This document shows, piece by piece, positions 41,801 through 56,300 of a DNA stretch of 64,000 nt. Position numbers and translations under genes: made by a program. Source of the DNA: Acanthaster planci (Eukaryota); NCBI RefSeq assembly GCF_001949145.1, contig NW_019091356.1, forward strand, positions 398,938-462,937. Direction: 5' to 3'. Position 1 is the stretch's first letter. The number at the start of each line of letters is the position of its first letter. A model generated the notes under the pieces. It saw only the letters and a program-made list of their open reading frames with translations. It searched no databases and had not been told where the DNA came from.

Positions 41801-44308
41801 NNNNNNNNNNNNNNNNNNNNNNNNNNNNNNNNNNNNNNNNNNNNNNNNNNNNNNNNNNNNNNNNNNNNNNNNNNNNNNNNNNNNNNNNNNNNNNNNNNNN
41901 NNNNNNNNNNNNNNNNNNNNNNNNNNNNNNNNNNNNNNNNNNNNNNNNNNNNNNNNNNNNNNNNNNNNNNNNNNNNNNNNNNNNNNNNNNNNNNNNNNNN
42001 NNNNNNNNNNNNNNNNNNNNNNNNNNNNNNNNNNNNNNNNNNNNNNNNNNNNNNNNNNNNNNNNNNNNNNNNNNNNNNNNNNNNNNNNNNNNNNNNNNNN
42101 NNNNNNNNNNNNNNNNNNNNNNNNNNNNNNNNNNNNNNNNNNNNNNNNNNNNNNNNNNNNNNNNNNNNNNNNNNNNNNNNNNNNNNNNNNNNNNNNNNNN
42201 NNNNNNNNNNNNNNNNNNNNNNNNNNNNNNNNNNNNNNNNNNNNNNNNNNNNNNNNNNNNNNNNNNNNNNNNNNNNNNNNNNNNNNNNNNNNNNNNNNNN
42301 NNNNNNNNNNNNNNNNNNNNNNNNNNNNNNNNNNNNNNNNNNNNNNNNNNNNNNNNNNNNNNNNNNNNNNNNNNNNNNNNNNNNNNNNNNNNNNNNNNNN
42401 NNNNNNNNNNNNNNNNNNNNNNNNNNNNNNNNNNNNNNNNNNNNNNNNNNNNNNNNNNNNNNNNNNNNNNNNNNNNNNNNNNNNNNNNNNNNNNNNNNNN
42501 NNNNNNNNNNNNNNNNNNNNNNNNNNNNNNNNNNNNNNNNNNNNNNNNNNNNNNNNNNNNNNNNNNNNNNNNNNNNNNNNNNNNNNNNNNNNNNNNNNNN
42601 NNNNNNNNNNNNNNNNNNNNNNTTGGAGCTGAGTTTATGTTTGTTCACTTTGATTTTGTTCACTAATAGGATTACCAAGAGTTCACGTGGATCATGAATC
42701 AACAGAAATCCTGTACCCAAACTATGTCCACTGCAAACCTTTAATGGATTCCTACTTCAGCACTACCAAGAATACCGATGTGGTTCCAGGAATCCGTCCC
42801 ATCCGTCTTCAGGTCCAAGAACTTCTAGATCAAGACCCAGATAAGATTCATTTAGATCTGGTGTCTGTCCGGGACGGGATCAGTGCAAGACAGGTAAGGA
42901 AACTTGTTGGTAACTTTCATTACTGGGATGTCCTTGGTTAAATTAGTTCTCTCTGGAACCCATGTTGCTTTCAGTGCTGACTTACCAAGTTGTTTGTTTG
43001 TGTTGTTTTGTTGCTTTTTGTTCTTAATTTTGTGTCATATTCTATTTTACTCACAAATCCCCTCCAATCTTAAATATTCTAAAAATCAAATCACAAATTC
43101 TTCAAACATTTTAGACCTTTTTTATTCATTCTAGTTTGCTTCCTCTTAATTCAATTCTCTCAACTCTCTCTTTTTTCTTTCTGCAGGCACACGATTTTCC
43201 TTTGTCTCCTGTTTTAGAACCCATCGCTGGTATTGTAGAGAAAGCAGCTGTCGATATCATGAAGCATTGTATCGCTGGAGCTGACCAATCCAGGGACAAT
43301 CTACCCTATTCTGTTGGTCCACTACTTAGCCTGATAGTAGACAACGTACACAGAGCTATCACTGGGGAAAGGTGTGTTGATGGTTGTCACAGTTTATATC
43401 ATTTGCACTGTTGTAATATCCCCCTCTGTTTATAGTTCAAAGTTAATCCAGTAGCTATCATAGGTACCCCTAACAGTCCCAAATCCTCCTATTTCAATAA
43501 GATTTTACATACACCCTAGGGGGTTAGGATTAAATGCAGTGTCATGTATTGTATTTCTTATGCGGACCGTGTGCCTGTTACTGTTGATTTGAGTTTCATT
43601 TCTTGGGTTTTGACCAAATAAAGCTTTCCAAGTAAAACTTTTACATTCAATATGGTGGCGGGTGTAGACAGAGCAGCTATAGAGTCTTCATGCCAACTGT
43701 TGATAGATTGTTATTTATGCAGTTCTTGAGTACAAGCTATCATCTTGAGTACAACAAAAGTCAAAAGTATTGTAACTTACAGGGTACCAATAGAATGCTA
43801 TGACTGAGTTCACTTTTAGAATCGCTGAGTGTTTCAATCCACATCCTGTATCGCATTTCTTTTCTCTGTCTTCAACAGTCCATACAAGTTCCATCTTCAT
43901 TCCTGTCATGACACAACGTTGATGCCACTCCTGATGGCTGTGGGTTCCTTTGACGACACATGGCCAGGGCTGTGTTCAGATTTCATTGTAGAGATGTACC
44001 AAGACAGGGACGGAAGGCCGTATGTACGGAATCTCTACCTGGGAAAGGTAGTTATGATTCTAGCACTCTTGGGGGGATTTGTGTCAGCTGAATTATGGAT
44101 ACAGTCATAAAGAACAGTTCTCTTGGCAGCAGCAGAAACCTTAAGTCAGGATATTAAACCCTGCTTCTTATCTTGAATCTAGGAGCTGAGGTTAGGTCCC
44201 AAGGGTACCTCCATACTAACCCTTGAAGAGTTTAAGGAGTTACTGCGACCTTGCTTTATCACCCAAGAAGACTTCAGGAAGACTCTCATCAATGTGGGGA
44301 CATATTGA
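38889..44308 (+). CDS. ACP6: Lysophosphatidic acid phosphatase type 6-like histidine acid phosphatase (412 aa from ATG 38889)
   Basis: Exons 38889-39062, 40577-40714, 41209-41339, 41610-41701, 42670-42893, 43187-43371, 43879-44047, 44183-44308; 1239 nt, all GT-AG. Catalytic RHGARTP in LKLVQIFFRHGARTP, plus GQLTTLG, LRSTNVKR, EILYPNY..C and HSCHDTTLMPLL. ACP6 is preferred over other branch-2 phosphatases from the EILYPNY and HDTTL..LL contexts. An extra exon inside the gap cannot be excluded. Confidence 0.88.
39291..39516. mobile_element. Probable TTAA-flanked MITE in ACP6 intron 1
   Basis: TTAAAGGAAACAGTTCCATA ... TATGGAACTCTTTCCAATTAA imperfect TIRs. Confidence 0.5.
41530..41629 (+). repeat. 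Diverged 60-bp-period duplication of the ACP6 exon 4 acceptor and exon start
   Basis: TTTTTCTCTCTTAAAG|TTTACATTCCACTAATGTTA (AG at 41548-41549) vs TTTTTCCCCTCTAAAAG|TTTGCGCTCCACCAATGTTA (AG at 41608-41609). Confidence 0.75.
41745..42622. other. Assembly gap (N run)
   Basis: Run of N inside ACP6 intron 4. Confidence 1.
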
Positions 44309-47300
44309 TGAAGGCCTGTCAACAGCCATGCGTACCTATCTACCTAAGGTAATAAGTCTAGTAATGATGTTTAGTTGGGCAATTTTTTTTTACTTTGAAC
44401 TGCCCTTTGCCAGTGTTTTGATTTCGTTACGGCCATTTTGATGTTCCTTGACAAAGTTGGCTGATGTAGTGAATGAAGGTTTTTGTTATTTTCCATCAAA
44501 TTTGATCATCCTTTTGTATTCATTCTTTGGATAAAATTGTTTACAGTACATGTCTGTCATACCCTGTCAGAAAATTTCTAGTCTAGGTTTAGTCTAAAAT
44601 AGAAATATTTTATTAAACATTGCATTGTGCACAGTGATTACAGCTGCTCTTGATATCTCCATCCCCAAAGTTTGGCTTTATTTCAACTTTCATCTGACTG
44701 AACTAACATTTTTCTATGCTACTAGCACTATTATCAGTCATTTCTAAGAAATACTTCAACTCTAGAGGGTGCACTTCAACAGGACCATCAATTTGGCTGG
44801 AGGCATCATGAAGCACTCATTTTACTGCTTGTGATTTCTCTGTGGATTTTTGTTTTTCTTAGATGCAATCTCATCTAAACAAGTTGTTTTAGGCTCTGAG
44901 TGTTGTAATTGATCAGTCCTTTTGGAGGTACTTCTACATTCGACCTGTCAACTTCTCAAGACTTGTTTACAATTGTACCCTGTAAGAGCCATTGTAATTG
45001 ACAGCAAGTAAATAACCCACTTTCATACATATATCACCTTCAGTGCCAATTTTCAAAAGTGGCAGGTAATATCACTGGTACCCTGCAGTAAGGTGGTGTT
45101 CTGTGTACAGCTCAGAATACAGTGAGCGGCTGTCCATTGCCCACTGACCTGTATAGCAGTGACCTCCAGTGGACATACTGTCATTCACTCCTGTCTTGAC
45201 CGTGCTCTGCTGATTGGAAAGTATCAATTCAGTCTCCAAAGATCACTGTAGGCCTGTCAAGGATTATTTCCCTTGTGAGTTGAGTGGAATTCTGAATATT
45301 TCATCTTTCCTTCACAATTGAACAAGGGACTGCAGGATACTACTGGTCTGCCAGTGACTGTCCTGGAGACTTTTTTTCTCAAGGAGAGAGGATTATTGAT
45401 GAGAAGGCCATGATTGCAGGTCTCTGGTCTTCAGGGGGTGATTAGACATTACCTTGTTTTTCTGATAGTCAAGTTTGATTATATTCTCTCACTAATCAGT
45501 GTCGACTCAATTTCCTGTTGCTAGAGTGTAAAGTCTAAGAAAACGTGGCCATATCCTTTTCCACCGTACACTTGCCAAGTGAAGCTCTCATCTCATGCAT
45601 GTTGATTACACTACAGTTGTCTACCATCTCTTCTGAGTGTAAGAAGCTTCCATATAAGGTTGTTCTGACGTCGTCTCCACACTCCCATGTTTTAAGTGTT
45701 TGTATCTGTCTGGAAATTAAAGCTGAAAATACTAATTTTGAAAGAGACCTGCAGAAGAACTTATGTCACTTCCATTTTTTTTATTCAAGCATGTTCGATG
45801 TTATCTATACCAACTTGTCATGTGCCAAAAAGTGTTTTTAATAACTGTGATCAAAATTAATAGAAACTGTCATCATTTTCCATCCGTATCCTACCCCTTT
45901 TCATCGGGATGCTAGACTAGGTGATACAGAAAAAAGAACTCAGACAGCTCTTTATAATGTAATCTGAAACAATTACTTAAAAAGATGATAACCTCAATAC
46001 CCTTTTTTTGTGGGATCTGGTCACAAATTAGTAATTTCAAATTTGATTAAATGTTGTAATTAATTGAATGAATTGCATAATTTCTTAGACCATGATATTT
46101 CTTTCTCACAAATGCTCAAGAGTTTCAGTTTTATACTTATAAAGAAGCCCTTTACATTATACTGATTTTATCAGGCTATTATGTAGCTGTATGTATCAAA
46201 ACATTCTTCACAAATAACAGACTTTTTACTTTCCAAGCACGTCCACAGCAAATGGGGCAAACAGTTCCACAATAAATAAACTTGGTAAAAATTTTCAAAA
46301 ACCCAAATTCACCAGAAAAAAAATCAGAGCCTTAGGGACTGGCTGACAGGAGCAGTATCTACAGTTACCACACGCATTCTGGCCTATTTATGGTCTGCCG
46401 TAAAATATCGGGCATCAGGCCATCCATGCGGAATTTGACATCTTGAGGGAGAACGCGTTTCTGCAAATATGTGGTCTACCATCAATTTTACACGTGCCGA
46501 AACATGCTGTCGGGGTAGATGCCCCAGTTTCCCTCCAGTGTTGGGAGAGAAGGAGGAGTGAATTAAAGGCCAGTTCAGAATCAGTTCATTGGAACTCAAG
46601 AAGTGCCCAATGTAGGTAAAATTAGAAAGAAAAAAATTGCAAGGGGAGAAATTTCAGTGACTAAAGGTATACACTTGAAAAAGACAGATGGGTTATCTGC
46701 AGCATGTTAAAGTTACATTGATTGGAAAATAAAGAGGTTGCTTTGCCTACCCTGCTGTTATGGAAACCAGAAAAATGTCATGCTCTGAAAACTTCAAATT
46801 CCAATTCACATAAACACAAACTTGCTTTACAGGTGCATCTACATGACTGACATGTGTTTGTACTTTACACATGTCATTCCATATTAAAATTTGATGTGTT
46901 CATGCACATTTCTCGGGTTAAAGTGTTGGCATTTACCTCCACCTCCATCCTTGCCCATTTGTGGCAACACATGAAGTCCATTTCACACCAATTTACTCCA
47001 CTCCTCATTCCCCAGTTAGTGATCAATGCAATCATTCCCATTTATCTAGTAATAAAATGATAGTGAATGACACAAGCAATATAACCCATACGTGCTAAGC
47101 AGACCGTGGTCAGACTTTAATTGCTGGAAATTTAGTGCCGATTCATTCATACATATGTGTGTGTTTGTGTGGCCAGTGATTAATGAGAGGCCTCAGACAA
47201 CCATTTATTTTGCTTCTTGGGTTTTTCTGAGTCATCCTGCGGAATTGTTGAAGCTTGTCAACCTGTTCTAGATATGTCACTGAATTTACAGAGAAGTACA

Positions 47301-50300
47301 ATTTTCCATTTGAGGTGATGTTTTTGTGACCTGTCAGCAAGCCTTGGAGAATATTCCAAAAAGGTGTCAATGTCAGATTTCTCAGTCATTTTTACAAAGG
47401 TCTTCTCATACCTGTATTGTTTGTTATAACATCTAAACCCACAAGTGGTGAAGTTAATCCTGTCAGTCCACACAACCATTGCACTCAGTATCCTATAGAA
47501 TCTATGAAAATCCCACAGTAGAAGAAATTGGGATAGACTATTATTGATTCAGGCAGTGAACAAAAAAATGTCTAAACCGGGCTGATAGAATCTGTTTCTT
47601 ACTGCTGAGACCCTAGGATGCTAAAAAGTCAATAATTTTAAAAATTTTGCAAAGATGATCATCAGATCAGATTTTTATATTTATGTCATAAATCACTGTT
47701 TTGTACTGGCTCCATCTTTCGGGCAGTATTCTGGAGACATCCTCACTGAGGCATTCTTTATTGAGGACAGCTTGAAAAGTTCCCCTCAATTCGGTTACAA
47801 TCACGGAAGAACATTTGAAATCAAGATGAATGCATTCACCTTCCTTAAAAGCTTATCCTTGGAGGTTTCGGGAACAAGTAAGAGGAACACAGAAGCCTTT
47901 TTTTAGGGTCGTATGAATGAATTATTACTTGTCCTGTCCGGTAAGAATTCTGACAAATTCCGGGTCATATGAAGCCAAAGGGATCTCAGCAATTGGGACT
48001 CTGTCTCTCTCCCTCTCTCTGAAAGAAAGATGTATGACACAGAAGATGATGATGAACAAATGTACAGCACACAGATCCTTACTTAGTTGATCCTAACTGT
48101 CGGCAATACTCCAAATATCCCAGGGAAAGATTTACTATTTGTCAGGTGAGGACCAGAGGAACAGATTGGTGGATTAAGGAGGATGAAAGGGGAGTTTTGA
48201 AAGCCAGGACAAGGTGGGATGGTTAGGTATAGAATGGAGTCAAGAGAAACATGAATGTCGCGCTGTCTGAGTGATACTTGGATTTGCTGACGCTTGTGAG
48301 TAGAATGCTTGTCAATGAGGCTTGGGCATTCCAAAATGAAGAGCAAGTATGTCCTGTCTCCAAGGCAACCTACGCTTACAGCATAAGCCTGGGGATTTCA
48401 ACAGTTGTCTTTTATAGTAACAACTTGGCAACCTTGTGTCTACGTTGTGCATGTAAGGCGCTATATATGGCTGGTCTCGATGGTGCAAATGAAACAATGA
48501 ACCACCTGAGGTTGAGTGTCGGGCATGAATTTTTCTACAAAACAGTGTCAGCTATTAATTTCTAGCTGGAGTGGGACAGACAAAAACAGAAAATGTTTTG
48601 ATCTTTTTCAATCAGGCATTAGTCACTCATAGTAAAGAACCTTCTAGATGAAGAATGAACACACACGAAACCTTGGAGTCATGCTTTCCGAGCTTGCTTT
48701 TCCAAGACATGAATTCTGTGTTAGTTGCTTTTGTCTAGCAGGAAGAAACAGTAACTAGACCAGTATTTTCATAATTATAATGGTATTTACAATAGAAGTA
48801 TGTACACGGATTTGGGCAGAACTCCACAGAAGTGCAGTGAGGTCTTTTTGAAGTTAATACTGATTCTTCCAGAAATCGTACTTGTGGCTCATTTGAAACA
48901 TTCAATTGGCACATATATACGTCCATGTTCATACGTTACCAGAACAAGTAATGTTACGTCTATTTCATGTAGAGGCCAAACAAGAACAGAGAGTGTCAAT
49001 AAAACAAAATGCACTTCACAGGAGGCCAAGATTTTGCCGAAAAATGATTTGATTTACAGATGCCAGTCTTCAGTAATGGCAGTTTAATTTATATCACTCA
49101 TTAATAGATAAACCAGACCGCCAACACAAAAATGGCTCTCAATCCACAACAGCAGACGAAGAGTCTAGCATCCCAACCCCCATAAGATTTACACTTGTCA
49201 GGTGCAGGCATGGAGCAGTGAAGAAAGTTAGAGGAATGGGAGATGGATGGATGAGGGGTGAATGGATGGCAGGGACAGGGAGTAATTACAAGAAAGAGAA
49301 GACCTCTTGGGAAAAGAAGCACCTCTTGTCTCTTCCCTCAACAGTCCTTGCAGCTCTTCCCAATCCTAGCCTGACCTTCTCAGTGGTGGCACTGGGGGCT
49401 TTAGGTTGATTTAGAGAAGCTTTATGACCATATTGGTTATCATTCATTAAATGAGACCAATTGAATCTGGCAGAAAGCATCCTGATTGGCTGAATTCATC
49501 AAACAAAACTGAGTGTGAAAGGGCATCACCTCAATAACTCCTAATAGGGTCATTTGCTGGCTTTGATGGATCTGTTACGATCTAGCTTGGATTAGTTTTG
49601 GAATGTGTTATTTCAATGACATACCTTTCCTTATTATGAATTGACTAGAGGGTGTACATGTATATATAAAACCAGTTGGAGGCTTTTAATATTGAGATCG
49701 CAACATGATTTGTCGCCTCCGAAGACATCAATGTGGTGCTTAAATCACAATGAACAGAAAAACGTATCATAGTAAACAGTAAATAACAGAACCATATGTA
49801 CATTTGACACAGAACCTCATGTGCAAGTCGACGTGTTAGCAATCTGCAGAGGAAGGATGTTGTTCTTGCATTCAGATTTATTGGTCTGCAGAAATAATCT
49901 GTGGATGTCTGCAGAGGAGCAAACACAAATACATTTGGCAAGATTTACCGCTGTGTTTGGTCATGGTGTTTGGTTTGTCATGCACATTATTGCTCCAGAA
50001 ACATGAACCGTTTATGGGATGACAGTGGTATGTTGTCTGGAGAAGTGATGATGCATGCCGGTATGCTTTTTATAATGCATATTTGCCGCTTTTCAAAGCT
50101 TGGATAAATCCCCTGTGATGTGATTTGTGGGTTTTACATCACATGCAGTACCAGTACTTCATTCATCCCAACACGTGTCCTTGCCACACAGCAAAAACAG
50201 AAACTCTAATCCACTAGCAGTAGCACAAGATATGCCTACAAGAATTACAGAAAATATCAATTTTAAGACTAAGTGTTGATCGCAAAGTCATCCATACAAC

Positions 50301-53300
50301 CGAATGGGTGAGAGCCTGTTTTCTTTTTGGTCAAAAGTGGATAGCCACATGGTAACATTTGCAAAGCATGAAGGTTTAATTCTACATGTAAGGCTGGCAT
50401 CAAAACATGACAAGTTCTTCTACTTTCTTGTAATCCTGTGAGAGAAGTCAGGTTGATATTGGCCACAAGATGTTTATTCTAAAACTAGAAGTCAGCAAAT
50501 TGTCTGGAAAATTGTCAATATATGCTGATTGTTGGTGGACTGTCTGAAAACCGGACTGAAAAGGAGCATATTATCTCATGTCTGTTTGCTGTTTGGATAT
50601 GTAATCATGTTCAGATAAACTGTACAGATGTGGCTAAGACACTTCAAAATACTCAGAAAAATTTGCTAGTTTTTCTAATAGCGTGGTTGGTTGACATTAG
50701 CATAGTATGCCAGTCATGTCTCATTTGGCGTTAAAAGTGATACTGGACAAACAATTGGATATGATGAGGTAATTAGTCAATATCAAACGTAATGTGTGTC
50801 ATTATACATCATTTCACCATTGTTTCTCTTGAAAGGATGGAGAATAGAAGTCAGACCCACTCAGTGTTTCCTGGACAGAAATCTTCGGATAATGTGCAAA
50901 TGATACTGCTCAAAACTACTAGAATGGGCCATCACATGGAAAAGCTGAGTGCTTTAAAATCCAGCGGGATTTGTCACACTAAGAAAAAAAAAAGATGGTT
51001 TATTGAAGAAGGGAGAATGCCTGAACTGTCTTCACTGTTTTGGTCTTCTTCCATTTCCTGAGGGATGTTCCCTATAGTTTTTCATTTCTCTTTGAACAGT
51101 GGAACGGACTGCATGTGACGACCTGTAGACTTAGTAATTTATCTGTGTCAGTGTGGTATGCATTCACCCTTGCAAACCAGGCAATTGAGTCCATATAGCT
51201 TGCCGATTGACTAGGAAGTGCCGCAGCATCTAAGAACTGTGGCGCCATGTCGATTGCTGGCCACTCACAGCAGTCAAGTGCGGCAAGGGGGGGTGGGTCA
51301 AGGAAGTGGGAAATTCACACAGCCACTCAGCAAAAAAAAAAAAGAATCATCCAATGTTGAGGAAACTTGAACTGCCGGCACAGTCTCCCAATCACAAGTC
51401 ACGATTTCTATCTTTTTTCCCCTTTTTTGGAGGAGGAGAAGGGTTTTCTTTATGATTCATGCTCTCCAGAAGTTCTTGACTGGACTATTGATGTGACGCT
51501 TTACTAGGCAGACACCATAAGCCAGCTGATTCAATATTGAGAGAGAAAAGGAAGGGGGGGAAAAGGCAGAGTGAAATTTGAAACGTTGCGACTGTTTTTG
51601 TAGAAGTGTGGTATGAATAGTTTACAGAATCCAGACGTGCCTTCAATAATGCATGAAATCAACGGTGATGGCCACGTGGATGAGTCTCAAGCAGTCAAAG
51701 TAAAAAAATGATGAAATTCAGTCGCGGAGTTTGAAGTGAAGAAAATGTGGACACACTTGAGATGTCGGCTGATCATGTAGTGAGACTGGTGCAGTGGATT
51801 TTAGCTGTATGCTTCTCTACCTATCATTCCGTTTTTAGTTTATGCAAATTGTGACCCAAGTTGTGATTGGTAGACAAGGTACTGGATATGGAGGAACAGT
51901 TGTTTGTCTTGTCTACATTCCCGAGACGATAAACAGCACATTATGTGCAGATGCAATTCAATTAGTTGTCAAAAACCTATATTTGTCAAATACAGAAGAA
52001 CTTTTTCCCCTAAGCAAAAAGGTTAATGCCACACTGTTTACAATTGATATTTCCCAGATTAATTACTACTGCATATTTATAATACCCACTGCATTTACCT
52101 TCCTCCTTGTCAATTCTAATAACACCCTTTATATCTTTTATTTTGGTTGTTTTACATCTTTGTTGTCAGCTTTTGTTTGTTTGTTCACTTGGACAGTTAC
52201 ATTTTACAATGGGTTGTTCTAACATATTTTCAATGCAGTCGTGAGGATTGACAGCTTAAGGTAGCAAAGTATATACAGTCCATCCTGTTGCTAAGGAATA
52301 ATCACATTGTGGTCTGAGTTACATCTGTTGTACTCTTTCCTTGGCTTTGGGCCTGGGTCCTTCATGATTCCAAGGAGACTAGGGAACTGTGATTAAGGGT
52401 CATTGAAGAAAGATGGTGAGAGCATAATTGGTCACAATCAAATCAAGGTGTGTTGGTACCTGGTAGGGCTGTGGGGGATTCTAAGAACATCTGGTTTCTG
52501 TTCGGAAAAGAAAAAAATGGCTGTAGTTAGGTTCTCTCAAGTACTGTCTGAAGTTGTGCATATTTTGAGTTTATAACAAAATACACATCAAATTTAGAGC
52601 AAAATGCACCTTTAAGGATGCAATGATAAAAAACTTGCACAATACTTCATTTGAGTGCTGTTTTCTGAAGTCAAAGCAATGTTTTACTAATTATCAATTT
52701 GATCGGTGACATACAGTAGGTCTAAAGTTCCTTGATCTGTACATATACAAGCTTTTTATGATGAAATTTCCCTTCAGAAGTTTTACTTACTGTTCTGTTT
52801 CCGGTCTTTTTCCCTTATGACTGTTTTTATTTCTACTGAAATGTGAGCATAAAAGCCTACTGATGCTCTACCAGTGTTATTTTTCAGTGATACTAGGTTA
52901 GGATTGAATATTCGCAGTGTACTTTGTTCCTGCACCATTGGTAACATTTCTTAAAGTATCCTCCATCACTGCTTCCCTGTTGAGAATTTTTCATTAATGT
53001 CCATCCACCTTTGTATGCTGTGTGCTACAGTCATCATTTATAATAGATACACTGTCCTTTGTAGTCTGATTAACATTTTCACCTGTTTGAACAGCTCTTT
53101 TGACTCAAGTTTGATGAGCAGGCAAATTCGTTAGATTATAACTTTATCATCCCTTGATGTCTCTGATGTACTTGACAGTGTTCTGTTTTCAATTTTATTA
53201 TTACATTTCATAAACTCAGAGTACAAATGGTTATGAATTCTTTCCATTTTTTTTGTCTAAAAAATGAACTAAACTGTCTACCCTATTTGTAAAGAAGCCT

Positions 53301-56300
53301 CATGTGGAGTGTTCAAACTGTATGTAGTTTCACATTTGGTTTTGTTTTTGTTTTTTTCTTCTTTCCTGATTGTATCAGACAAAGGATTCTTACATATATA
53401 TAGAGCATGAAATGAACTGAGATAGTTCACAGGAGGCCCCTGCCCGATAAAGAAGAGTGAATTTAAAGTGAGACACTAGCTAATCTAGATTTGCTATAAA
53501 GTCAAGCTTATTAGAGCAGAGTAGGTGAAAAATACCTTTGAAATTATTAACCCATATTTGGCCACCTTCTGAAACATTCTTTTGTTAAGCCATGGTTTGA
53601 GGTGGGCCCAATATAAGCCTGAAGGTAGTCAGGTTTTGCCTGGCATGGTATGGCTGGCTGTCTTCTCATCCATGGAAGGAATAATGAATGACTTGATGGT
53701 TAACAGACCCTCCTCCAGGCAGTTTAGACTTCATACACAGCTGGTAACCTGAGAGAATCATTTACCTTGGTAGTCCTTGTGGAAGTCTATTTGCCTTTAG
53801 AGAGTGAGCACATGGGAGACACTAGTACATTGGAAGGTTAATTATCTGACCTTGGTGGCCCTTCTGCAAACATCACTTGAGGCTATCAAGAAAAGTACAT
53901 TTTTGTTATGTCATCATTTCGGAAATTGATATATTGAAGTAATACTTTCACAACCATATTGATTAATATAGTTTATTTATTTGCAGACATTTTTTTTTGA
54001 CAGCTTAAGTTTTAGAAGAGAAACGTACTTCAAACATGTTTCTCACTATCAAATCAAACGTGGTCATTTGGTGTTAGCAAGGTAAATGTTTTCTAAGAAA
54101 AAGGAAATCAAATTTTTTCATCCAGATGTTTAGTACTGTTTAATTTTCAAGAGAAAGGAAGTGGAAGAAGTGGAGAATGTGAAGTGGAACTCCTTCACCC
54201 ATTCATCGTCCTACTCACCTAGCTTTCCACCCATCTACCCGTACCCAATCCTTTGCCTTTTCCAAAAAGTTTCAGCATCTTATTGGAGTAGTTTGCACCT
54301 AGACGATAAACAAACCTTTCTATTTCAGTGGCCTAACATGTTGAGGTTCTCGGATGTAAATTTGCTCAAGTCTTTTTAATGAAATGTATCCTTCTATTGG
54401 TAACAAAAAGTCCTGGAAAATTAATCAGGAATCCACAGTTACATAATCCTTTCTAATAAGTAGGAGGGAGCTGGGGTATGCAGGGGTATGCTGTAAATCA
54501 TAAGAAGGTAACTTCAGTACTTTTGTCACCACTGATTAGTCTTATTTTCATTGTGAATAATGGTATCTGTGATTGTAGTGTTAATAGAGAAAAGGTGGAC
54601 TCGAACTGTTCATCACTTTCTGATGCCTACCGTAGTCTAGTGATCATTCACTGACTAAAGACATGATTGAATTAATGCATTACACTTGATCTTAGTCTCT
54701 CCTTGTTTTTTTCCTGTCAAACTTTGCCCCTTCACAGCATCCTACCAAGATTGATCAGTTGATCAACAGAGGGCGCCATGATTCCTTGGCTATCCATAAT
54801 GACAGTTTCATTTAGCAGATAACAACTCAGGTTTACTTTAGTAGTTAGACAAGAGTGCTGCACATTGACCAAGTAGGCCTACATTTACTCGACTGTCACA
54901 TCAGGTGACAGCAATATGTTATTATTTTAACTTGCACTTCACACAGGATTGTGAAACCCTTAGCCATGAAGCACATTAATGAAAGTTACACACCTCTTTT
55001 ATCTCAAACTATTTAAACCTGTCTTAAGTTGAAACAAACATGGCATAATGAAGAGTTATTGCTGAGCTAAAAGTACAAGCTCTGAGGCTCAAGTTTTAAT
55101 CTCTTTGATTTGTAATAAAGCTGGGCCGTTTGTTCTTAGTTCTTTCTCATCCCAACACATCAGATAATGAAAACCATTCAAGTTCCAGGGGAAAAATGCC
55201 CAGTTTATGTACCGTCAAAACAACAGTTTGCCAGCATATTTGTGTGAGGCTCATGTGCTTCAACTTCTTTGCGTACCTGCAGTTAGCACTCCTGACAGGT
55301 GAATTGTTAGTCTTGTTAGTCTTTCCATCCATTGTCTGGCTGGGCTATATCTGGCCGCTAAATATTGATTGCAAAGTCTTGATTATGGAAATCTATTACA
55401 TACGGGGATTAAGTTGCCATTTTCCCCTGCTCCGTGTATCATGCCTTGCAGGTAGCATTGTCATCAAAACCTCCCCAGACGAAAAATAACAATGGTGTTG
55501 TTTCATCTTGAGATTCCTCCAATCCCCTTCCCTCACATCCCCACCTCTCCCACAAGCCTTCTGTTCTCTCTCTATTCACAGCTCAGCAGAAATCAAATTT
55601 GGGCCGAAACCTAAGGAGGCGGGAGGGGTTCGGGGAGATGTTTGGCCTGGACTTTGGGGGTAAATATTATGATAGTGTCGTGTGTTGAGAAGGGGGAGAA
55701 GTTAATGGGACTAGGCCCACCAGAGGACGTTTGCCTCTTTGTCAGCACTGACGAAGTTAGGTGGGGATGAGGAGAGAGATAAAAACTGAAAATAGGGTTT
55801 TGGGGGAGATTATCTTGAAATGTAAAACCACTGTGTTATGCATATATTGTGTTCTTGTCTGGCCACATTTTTACACTCACCTTCCAGATTTCCAAAGTAA
55901 ATGTCAAGGAATTGTAGTCAATTTTGTTTATTGGGTTTGTGGAGGGAAAGAAGTGTGGATGGAAGATATCCAGCTGCCTGAAAAGCAGGTTATTTGGACG
56001 GAAGTATTTCAAATCAATTTTATTGGTAAGTTTATAATGGAACTATCAGCTGGAAAAAGATATTAAGTTTCATGTTATATCCTCTCCCAAATAACACATT
56101 TGAAAACTCTACGAATTTTTCAATCATGTTCTCTCAGATTAATTTTTTTGTTATATAATTTCTTTATTTGTAGATGTCCTTTTGTTTTGTGATTGGTTAA
56201 CCCTCCAGCACCTTATACCATGCTTTGTAGGATATTTCAGAATCTTAGATTTAAAGTTCTTCTTGTTTCACAACTAGTGTAATACTTTGGATCTCATCAA

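Noticed and set aside
41659..42720. Long ORFs of 303-353 aa in the ORF track
   Set aside because: Artefacts of translating the N gap.
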